A DNA stretch of 64,000 bases from a virus. The translations under genes and the position numbers were made by a program. The notes below the pieces were generated by a model, which made no database searches, had not been told where the DNA came from, and was given only the letters and a program-made list of their open reading frames with translations. This document shows, piece after piece, positions 56,789 to 64,000 of the stretch. The stretch covers positions 1-64,000 of IMG/VR virus record IMGVR_UViG_3300023276_001086. One strand, 5' to 3'. The first letter of the stretch is position 1. Every line of letters starts with the position of its first letter.

Positions 56789-57574
56789 CTACTCCAAGCA
56801 GCTCGGCGGGAGCCGTCTACCCTGTTTGGATAACGCCCCCCGCATGAAGACCTTCTCACCACGGCTCATGCCCAGACACAAACGATTGTACGCTCGTTCA
56901 TGCCCATTGGAGATTTCAATCTCATGCTCGAGGTCCACCAGCGCCTGCTTCATTGGACCGACGTTCGAGTTTCGACCGACAGTCTTGATCTGCGACTCAA
57001 TGCGCTTGTACTGCGCCGAGCGCTGCGTCCGCTCGTGTACGACGTTGGCTTCGAGCTTGGCCAAGAACCAAGCAGCGCTGAAGCCGCCACTGATGAGCAC
57101 GACGATGACCCCAATCAACCCGTAGAACATCCGACGTGGGGCCTTCTTGATATCCCCGACGTCGTGTATGAGCTGGTTCTGTTGGCTTGTGACTGCCTTG
57201 ATCTTCCCAGCCTGGGCGATGCCCTTCTGGACGTCCTTCTCGACCTTCTGGGCGGCGTCACGTTGGTTCTCCTTGATGTCCCCGATGACCTTCACCTGGA
57301 AGCAACGATGCCCCTCGTCGACCTTGTCCTCCACTCGAGACAGGCGCTCCGTGGTGAGCCCCATCTTAGTGTCGAGCTCGATGACCTTGTCACTGGTGTC
57401 GTCTACCTTCTTCTTGATATCTGGGATCTGCTCTGTGAAAACAGCCGTCGCGTTGACGGCGCTAGCCATCTTATCAATGACCTCCCACAGCCGGTCAATA
57501 TCCACAGAGGCCACGTCACTCACCCTCTTTGGTCGAGGTGTGATGCGCATCTTGCTGGGTTTTTGGGTAGCCAT
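56789..57574 (-). CDS. Coiled-coil membrane protein
   Basis: 261 aa; single TM (FYGLIGVIVVLISGGFSAAWFLA) between coiled coils. Confidence 0.7.
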   Translation of the reverse strand: MATQKPSKMRITPRPKRVSDVASVDIDRLWEVIDKMASAVNATAVFTEQIPDIKKKVDDTSDKVIELDTKMGLTTERLSRVEDKVDEGHRCFQVKVIGDIKENQRDAAQKVEKDVQKGIAQAGKIKAVTSQQNQLIHDVGDIKKAPRRMFYGLIGVIVVLISGGFSAAWFLAKLEANVVHERTQRSAQYKRIESQIKTVGRNSNVGPMKQALVDLEHEIEISNGHERAYNRLCLGMSRGEKVFMRGALSKQGRRLPPSCLE

Positions 57575-57714
57575 AACGCGAAGTCATCCTTCTCTCCTCC
57601 TAGTCGCCCCCCACGATCTGGGCGGAGTCAACAATCAACCACCCAAAACCAATCGGAGCGGAAATTGAACCACATAACCAACGTCGGACAATACGCCGCC
57701 GCCCAAAAGTCTAC

Positions 57715-57981
57715 TCAAGGCTCCACCTCGTCGTCGAATGGGTCTAGGGGCGTCGAGTCGCCCTTGTGAAACCATGTGTCGAAGGTGTCGGCAGGGAGGC
57801 TGCGCCTCGTGAGGAAGGCGGCAAGCTCCGCGTCGAGGAACCGCCGCATCTTTTGTGGAAGCAACTTCCTCGGCGTGCGACGAAGGAGAGCCATCAAGAC
57901 GTGCAGCCTTCGATTCGTGATCCTCTGCCGCCTCTGAACGACAAGGAGTAGAGCCTCGACCTCTGCGAGAGTCATCGCCAT
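57715..57981 (-). CDS. Small hypothetical protein
   Basis: Start re-called at MAMTLAEV (TGATG overlap); 88 aa. Confidence 0.6.
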   Translation of the reverse strand: MAMTLAEVEALLLVVQRRQRITNRRLHVLMALLRRTPRKLLPQKMRRFLDAELAAFLTRRSLPADTFDTWFHKGDSTPLDPFDDEVEP

Positions 57982-58274
57982 CAGTCCACCGCCTCTTTCA
58001 TCTTCGTAACCAAGGCGTCGATGATAGCTTGCTTCACCAGAGGGAACTCGCAAAGCTGACGCACTACAAACTCTCGTTGCCCCCGCGCAGTATGCGAGCC
58101 GGGGTCGCACGAAGACGCAGCCGAGACACCCACCTGAAACGTGACGATGTGCCGATCATCGACGTAAGCACTGACAATGGGAGACTCCCCGCCCTTCTCG
58201 CAGAAGTTGATTTGAATACCCAGCGACACGCTGGATTCGAGGACTTCGCCTTCTGGATTAGTAGTAGTTGTCAT
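57981..58274 (-). CDS. Small hypothetical protein
   Basis: Start re-called at MTTTTNPEG; 97 aa. Confidence 0.5.
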   Translation of the reverse strand: MTTTTNPEGEVLESSVSLGIQINFCEKGGESPIVSAYVDDRHIVTFQVGVSAASSCDPGSHTARGQREFVVRQLCEFPLVKQAIIDALVTKMKEAVD

Positions 58275-61200
58275 AGTCTGCAACCCCGAAGAGGAGCGCC
58301 ACATAGTCGAGAGCCATGTGCTTGTACTCGCCAGCGTCGTCATTATCTATCGAGAAACCTGGGACCAATGCCGTGCTCGGGATAGTGGTCGTGTGTGTCG
58401 CCTTCAGAACCCCGTCGATGTAGAGCTTCGCGTCGGAAGCAGTGACCACCACGGCATATTCACGCATGGTATGGGGGTCCATTGCGATGTTGTCCGTCGT
58501 AGTCGCCGACGAACTTGCCGTGGTCACGAATTTGACCGTGTTAGCGTTCGTCCCTCTGTTGACCCAAATATGGTCAGCGAGAATTCCAGACGTGTCGTGC
58601 ATCCCGCCAAACATCGTGTACCCGTCAGCGTCACCACCCTCGCTAACGATCTGCGCTCGCCACCTGATAGTGAACGGGTCGGGAGAACCAGCGACGATCC
58701 TAGTTCGTCCGATAATCGTTGCGTAACTACCGCTCGCCGTTCCCGTCCGAATCCGCAACCAGTGCGGATCACTGTTCAGGAGAGAGCCTCCACCGACATC
58801 AGAATCCCATGTAAACGGTGGAGAATCGTAAAAGGATTCGTGCATGAAATGATCGTACAGAGAGAAGAGACCGAGCCCGCCAGAAGACCCCCCAGGGATG
58901 GTGATCAGCGCCTCGTCTGACCCAGCATCAGTGACCGTGACTCCATCACCCTCGAAATTGAGCGTACCGTGTGGCGTATTGGGGATGCTGACGCCCTCAT
59001 CTTGCACGATTACATCGGAGCCAGAACCAGTCGGCCCGGTGTCGCCATCAGCGCCATCAGCACCAGTCGCGCCGATGCCCTCGACACGACTGATCACAAG
59101 AGCCGAACCATTCGCTTGCAGTATCAGCAGATTCGTTCCGCTGTTCCGCATCGCCTGCATCTTGAGTTTGTCGCCAGAGTCCAGATCGAGAACCGCGACA
59201 CGGGTTGCAGTACCGTGCCCCTGAGTCGCTTGACGGTTGTAAATGCCACCAGCGACACCAGCGACCTCGACGTACCCACTCCCAGTGTCGATCATCAGGC
59301 GAGTCAAGCTGTCAGACCGGCTCGTGCCCGACGAGGCATCGACCGAAACAGACGCATGTACGAGGTAGGTTCCGTCTTCTCCGATTGTCACTTCAGCAGA
59401 CGACGCGACGTGGGTAAAATCCGAAGTCTTTTTTCGCTCAGTGATTAGCGGAACGTCGGTCCACCCAGCGTCGATGCTCGTGCCACCAGTCGAATCGTAA
59501 GCATCGAAATACTGCGAATCAGCAGCAGACCCACCACCAGGCAGGTTTCCGATCTGCACACGTTTCTTGCTGTTCGAGTCGGCGCTGTCTTCGATCAGTA
59601 GGAGGTCGGCGCTGACAGGAGTCGTCTTCTCTGTGACAGCAGAAATCTCAGCAGAGACATTGTCGTGAATCGCGTCTGCGTCCGCGCCACCCGGAAGGTT
59701 CGTGATCGAGACCTTCTTCTTTGCGTAGGACGCTGCACTGTCCTCGATGATGAGGACGTCGGCACCCACTGGGGATGCCTTGTCGGCGATGGCATTGATC
59801 TCGGCATCCACATTGTCATGGATGGCATCGGAGTCGGTGCCGCTACCCCCAGGCAGGTTGCCGACTTGGACCCGCTTCTTGTTATTTGAGTCAGCACTGT
59901 CCTCGATGACCAATAGGTCAGCACTGATCGGAGACGCTTTTTCGGTGATGGCTGAGATCTCCGCTGCCACGTTGTCATGAATCGCGTCGGAGTCAGTACC
60001 GCTGCCCCCAGGCAGGTTGCCCACCTGAACTCGCTTCTTGGCGTTCGACGCTGCGCTGTCCTCGATGAGTAGAAAGTCACCGCTGACGGGCGTGACCTTC
60101 TCAGTGACCGCGCTGATCTCAGCATTCACATTGTCATGAACAGCCGTAGAGTCGATACCAGCAACAGTCGTCGTCGCCAGCTTCAGCGGTGTGACTGCTC
60201 GGGCGTCATCAGTACCCGTGTCGGTCTCGCCCTGTGTCGCGATCTCGATGACGCCCTTCTGAGCCTCGGAGCTTGCCTGTACGCTCGCGGAAACATTCGT
60301 GGGGTCCAGAGCATCCTTCTGCCACTTGACGTTGACCTCACCCGCTGGTGCCGCTGGGAGAGAATCGTCGAGATCGACGTCTGTTGACGCCGTAGCAGAC
60401 CCATTGACCGTGATGGTGTCTCCACCGCCACCACCCGCTGACGGGCCGGTGCGGTCGATGTACTCGATCAGCAGACGAGAGCCATTCGGAGTCGTCTGTT
60501 CGTTTGGCTCCGATGCCACGCTATCCAGAACCGTGAAGCGAATCTTGTCACCCGCACCGAGATCGAAAAACGAGGTCATAGAAATCGCTGTGGACAGATA
60601 GCCGTTGTTCTCACGGATATAGCCACTCATGACCTGAGATTGCTGCACCCACCCGCCGCCAGTATCGAGATCGAAATGGAGCTGTGGATTGCCTCGGATA
60701 CCGGCAGCGGTGTCCACCGCAGTCACATTGAGCATCGCCGTGACTCGATACCAACCAGCCGTAGAAATCGTGACCTCGCCCGGAAGCACCGATGTCGAGT
60801 GCGTGTAGTAGTCGTCTTTGATCACCTCGGAGGTGAGCGGTACGGTCTGCGCGACGTTCGTCACTGCCATCGCCCCAGTGACGTCGATGCCTTGGAACAT
60901 CTTGACTGTGACACCAGAGGGCAGGTTCCCGATCTGGACTCGCTTCTTGTTGTTCGAGTCGGCGCTGTCTTCGATCAGGATGAAGTCAGCACTAGCTGGT
61001 GCGACCTTCTCTGTGATCGCTGAAATCTCAGCCGCCACGTCGTCGTGGATTGCGTCGGGGTCCGTCCCGCCCCCACCAGGGAGGTTGCCTACCTGAACCC
61101 TCTTCTTTGCGTTCGCCGCCGCACTGTCCTCGATGACAAGGAAGTCACCACTGACGGGCGTGACCTTCTCGGTGATGACGCTGATCTCAGCCGCCACGTT

Positions 61201-62877
61201 GTCGTGGATGGCCGTGGAGTCGATACCCGGCGTCGTGCCCACCTGAGCAGCCGTCACCGCATGAGGGTTCCCGGTGACGTCAGCTACGTGCGTGTCCAGG
61301 GTCGAGCCATCTGCCGAGACGTCGCGCCCGTCGACATTCCCGACGTTCGTGACCGCGTTGGCTCCCATGTCCAGACTGCCAGACATGGCGCGAGTCCCGT
61401 CAGCCAGGAGATACTGCTCGTGATCGTCATCAGAGAGACCAGCCAAAGAACCATGGTCATTCGAGGTGCCTGACGCCCCTCGGAGCTTAGCTGTGCGCCA
61501 ATCGACCCACTCCCCACCCGAAGACGTGAGCACCACACGACCCTGCACCACATTGTCGTACACGTTCGCAGTCTGAAAAATCACCGTGCCTACTGCCAAC
61601 AATTCTGGAAGGGGCAGCACCCCAAAAGCGAGGTTCGCAATCTCGGTCTCGGCACCGTCCCTTGCTTGGTTCGCCGTCGCGTAAGTCGCTTGACCCTGGA
61701 TAGCGATGTACTTCGGAACCGTCCCGTCGTCCGCAGTGATATTCGTGGCAAAAACGTGACACAGCACGAAGTCACCAATCGCTACTTCCGCCTGCGTGCC
61801 GCCGTCATTCCATGCGAGCCTACCTGTCCCCGTGTTCAGAACCGAAAAGCCAGCGACCGTAGTCCATCGCCAATCCGACCCAACGAGACGCCAGATCTCA
61901 AGACCGACTGTCGAGGCAACAGCGGCTAGCTCGATACCGAAATCTTCGTCGTAGAACTCGCCCTCAGCGACACTGAACTGAGCATGTGAGTCAGTGTCGC
62001 CGTCGCCGATGACGAAATTGGAAAGAGCCATCCCATCTTCAAAAGCCGCCCCAACGGTGCCATGCAAATAATGATGGGTCTCCGGGCTCATCAAAGCGCC
62101 ATGCAACTCAGGCATCAGACGCCCGTCGTTGTTCACGGCATCCCACAGGACAAAAGCGACAATCGTGTAGTTCACGATGATGTCGTCGGCCTGCGCGTGC
62201 GAGGGACTATTGAGACTCGTCATCGAGCCCTCGCTGTCAATGTAGAACACCCACAGACCCTCGGTGTCTGTGATGGTCTCAGTCAGGTTCCCTGTCTCTG
62301 TGTACGGGACACCCTCGAGGTAGTATTTGAAACTCGTCACAGCCGGGGAGACCGTGAGAGTCCTCGTGCCGTCATTCCAAGCCAGGTCTACGTCAGAATG
62401 ATCCGCAAATCCGTTCTGATACCAGTCTGCACGAGAGACCCCGTCCGCAGCGGCACTGACAAGAGCCCACACCCAAGGCGCACCAGCCGCAGTCTGCTTG
62501 TAGGGCTCGTTCTCATCCTTGACGGTGACAATGGAACCTTGCTTCGGAGTCGTGAAGACCCAAGCCGCCGAATTCCACTGAGCGATCTCACCCTCATGGG
62601 ACACAAAGGCCCCGGTCGGAGAACCCCCTACAATGACCCTATAGCCTGTGGATGGGCTGCCGGGTGGCGTGTTGATGCCCTGATCATCAACCGGCCCCTG
62701 CCAAACATTCTCACGACTCTCACCAACACCATGGACAACACCATCCTCGAGGATGACGAGGCCCTTGTTCTGGACGTACTGAGTTTGCAGCTCCGTGGCT
62801 GGGTTGGAGGACTGCTCCTCCCAGATGACCGCCTCTTCGTAAAGGGGGCCATCATGCGAGTCTGGGGTACGACTCAC
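58258..62877 (-). CDS. Large mosaic fibre protein
   Basis: 1539 aa; DUF2793-like N-terminus, HGSLAGLSDDDHEQY, six ~52-aa repeats, KGVIEIATQGE fibre repeat, two C1q/BclA-like domains, short collagen-like GxxGxx. Confidence 0.8.
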   Translation of the reverse strand: MSRTPDSHDGPLYEEAVIWEEQSSNPATELQTQYVQNKGLVILEDGVVHGVGESRENVWQGPVDDQGINTPPGSPSTGYRVIVGGSPTGAFVSHEGEIAQWNSAAWVFTTPKQGSIVTVKDENEPYKQTAAGAPWVWALVSAAADGVSRADWYQNGFADHSDVDLAWNDGTRTLTVSPAVTSFKYYLEGVPYTETGNLTETITDTEGLWVFYIDSEGSMTSLNSPSHAQADDIIVNYTIVAFVLWDAVNNDGRLMPELHGALMSPETHHYLHGTVGAAFEDGMALSNFVIGDGDTDSHAQFSVAEGEFYDEDFGIELAAVASTVGLEIWRLVGSDWRWTTVAGFSVLNTGTGRLAWNDGGTQAEVAIGDFVLCHVFATNITADDGTVPKYIAIQGQATYATANQARDGAETEIANLAFGVLPLPELLAVGTVIFQTANVYDNVVQGRVVLTSSGGEWVDWRTAKLRGASGTSNDHGSLAGLSDDDHEQYLLADGTRAMSGSLDMGANAVTNVGNVDGRDVSADGSTLDTHVADVTGNPHAVTAAQVGTTPGIDSTAIHDNVAAEISVITEKVTPVSGDFLVIEDSAAANAKKRVQVGNLPGGGGTDPDAIHDDVAAEISAITEKVAPASADFILIEDSADSNNKKRVQIGNLPSGVTVKMFQGIDVTGAMAVTNVAQTVPLTSEVIKDDYYTHSTSVLPGEVTISTAGWYRVTAMLNVTAVDTAAGIRGNPQLHFDLDTGGGWVQQSQVMSGYIRENNGYLSTAISMTSFFDLGAGDKIRFTVLDSVASEPNEQTTPNGSRLLIEYIDRTGPSAGGGGGDTITVNGSATASTDVDLDDSLPAAPAGEVNVKWQKDALDPTNVSASVQASSEAQKGVIEIATQGETDTGTDDARAVTPLKLATTTVAGIDSTAVHDNVNAEISAVTEKVTPVSGDFLLIEDSAASNAKKRVQVGNLPGGSGTDSDAIHDNVAAEISAITEKASPISADLLVIEDSADSNNKKRVQVGNLPGGSGTDSDAIHDNVDAEINAIADKASPVGADVLIIEDSAASYAKKKVSITNLPGGADADAIHDNVSAEISAVTEKTTPVSADLLLIEDSADSNSKKRVQIGNLPGGGSAADSQYFDAYDSTGGTSIDAGWTDVPLITERKKTSDFTHVASSAEVTIGEDGTYLVHASVSVDASSGTSRSDSLTRLMIDTGSGYVEVAGVAGGIYNRQATQGHGTATRVAVLDLDSGDKLKMQAMRNSGTNLLILQANGSALVISRVEGIGATGADGADGDTGPTGSGSDVIVQDEGVSIPNTPHGTLNFEGDGVTVTDAGSDEALITIPGGSSGGLGLFSLYDHFMHESFYDSPPFTWDSDVGGGSLLNSDPHWLRIRTGTASGSYATIIGRTRIVAGSPDPFTIRWRAQIVSEGGDADGYTMFGGMHDTSGILADHIWVNRGTNANTVKFVTTASSSATTTDNIAMDPHTMREYAVVVTASDAKLYIDGVLKATHTTTIPSTALVPGFSIDNDDAGEYKHMALDYVALLFGVADYDNYY
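59530..61221 (-). repeat. Six ~156-bp (52-aa) intragenic repeats: 2 copies at about 60910-61221 and 4 at about 59530-60153
   Basis: AIHDNVxAEISAxTEKxxPxSxDxLxIEDSAxSNxKKRVQxGNLPGG. Confidence 0.9.
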
Positions 62878-62878
62878 T

Positions 62879-63430
62879 CTACTTCCCCTTGGCCTTCTTG
62901 GGGCGCTTCGCAGTTGCCTTCTTGACTGGGGGCTTCGCAGCTGCCTTCTTGACTGGGGGCTTTTCTTGCCGCTGGGCCTTCAACGATGGGCCCGGGTGTG
63001 CATCCGGTACACGCCCGTCCTCCTCTATCGAGGCCTTGAGCGCCTCAAGCTTTGACATCTCAGCCTTGAACACACCGTTGACGTATCCGGTTGCGTCATC
63101 GAGTCCCTTGGCGCGGCCCTCTGACACGTGAGTTGCTATCTCAGCAGCTGTAGCGAGGTTGTCAATCGCACCAACAGCCCGCTTGAGATACCTCTTCGCA
63201 TAGGCAGCGACCTTGAGTGGCTCACCGACATACTCGTCAATGACACCCTCCTCGAGGTCCTTGTCTATGTGAGCCGCAAGCTGACCCACCCGCTGAGCTG
63301 CCAGGATGAAGGCGTCCTTGCCACCCCTGTGGCCGTGGACTTGCGCCCGAGCCTTGTCGCCCATCTCTTCGATGTGGCGACCAAACTCCTCGGCCATAAT
63401 GGTTTTGATCTGCGCCTTAGCCGGGTTCAT
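62879..63430 (-). CDS. Hypothetical protein with Lys/Ala/Pro-rich tail
   Basis: 183 aa; KPPVKKAAAKPPVKKATAK encoded by a 27-bp tandem repeat. Confidence 0.75.
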   Translation of the reverse strand: MNPAKAQIKTIMAEEFGRHIEEMGDKARAQVHGHRGGKDAFILAAQRVGQLAAHIDKDLEEGVIDEYVGEPLKVAAYAKRYLKRAVGAIDNLATAAEIATHVSEGRAKGLDDATGYVNGVFKAEMSKLEALKASIEEDGRVPDAHPGPSLKAQRQEKPPVKKAAAKPPVKKATAKRPKKAKGK

Positions 63431-63472
63431 TGCCCTCTCCTATGTCAGCGGGTGGGCGGGAGCACGGGCTGC

Positions 63473-64000
63473 TTAGCCCCAAACGATCATCGAGATGACA
63501 TCCGGGTTGCTGCCCCCACGATACTTCAGGGCGTACTCGAACTTGAGATCGCCCTCAGCGGCGGTGTCGCCAGGGTAGACATCATTGTTCGCCGCAGCGT
63601 CGACCCCATTCCATTGGAGCTGCCCGTTGACGAAGACGTCCACGTCGGTGAGGAAGGTCACACCGGAATAGTCACCGAGCTGCGCCGAGATGTTGGGCCC
63701 AGTCGCGCCAGTGACATTGGTATTGGCTGCGATGTCGCCAGTGACCGTTGCTACGGTCTTGTCCCGCGTCACAGCACCAACGGCTTGAACGATGGCGTTG
63801 AGAAGGGAAACCTCGCCAAACTGCGCCTCGAAGGCGATCCACTCAGCCGCTGTGTCCGACAGCAACATGCCGTCGCGTGCCCACGTAGCGTCCTCGTTGC
63901 CGTCTGTGAGGATCAGCTCACCGGCACCAACCACACGGAGATCGTCGGAACCAGTTGTCTCGACTGTGCCGCCCGTGACGCCGATGTCGATCTCAGTGGC
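63473..64000 (-). CDS. Virion structural protein, 5'-partial
   Basis: Frame stays open to the window edge; DVFVNGQL...DVY..LKFEY C-terminal motif. Confidence 0.7.
   Translation of the reverse strand, partial: ATEIDIGVTGGTVETTGSDDLRVVGAGELILTDGNEDATWARDGMLLSDTAAEWIAFEAQFGEVSLLNAIVQAVGAVTRDKTVATVTGDIAANTNVTGATGPNISAQLGDYSGVTFLTDVDVFVNGQLQWNGVDAAANNDVYPGDTAAEGDLKFEYALKYRGGSNPDVISMIVWG

Noticed and set aside
33091-63131. Long plus-strand ORFs in the virion block (e.g. 51645-53195, 37324-38286)
   Set aside because: Antisense shadows of GC-biased structural genes.
1-64000. Apparent abundance of CTCGAG/TCGA words
   Set aside because: Plausibly explained by CTC-GAG (Leu-Glu) codon usage; cannot be called enriched without a codon-aware count.

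Overview
This is a 64-kb fragment of a large, GC-rich (roughly 60% by eye) tailed dsDNA bacteriophage, probably a contractile-tailed myovirus. It has three blocks. (1) 1-12.5 kb, minus strand: a single-chain beta-beta' fused RNA polymerase (>1870 aa, runs off the left edge and is absent from the ORF track), a probable portal and head-associated proteins. (2) 12.6-29.2 kb, plus strand: a replication/recombination operon with SF2 helicase, UDG-4, DUF932-like, Sm/Hfq-like, DnaB, primase, SSB-like, PolA, HU-like, RecA, two resolvases and a Cas4-like nuclease. (3) 29.6-64 kb, minus strand: putative lysis genes, then baseplate, tail-fibre and other virion genes. The most striking unexplained element is an array of six small, translationally coupled genes (30.1-32.6 kb) sharing a 15-aa N-terminal leader, MIDFSAFxDEhxKIA, followed by unrelated cationic or glycine-zipper cargo and interleaved with holin/spanin-like genes. 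The same DEhxKIA/K-x-A motif recurs in head-region proteins, suggesting a targeting/processing system. Two short, highly structured plus-strand units (5.7-6.06 kb and 29.19-29.38 kb) both start after a GGTATAAG motif and end at cactcttt(c)ttagct; the same GGTATAAG motif heads the replication operon. All family assignments rest on motif recognition by eye; no database searches were run.
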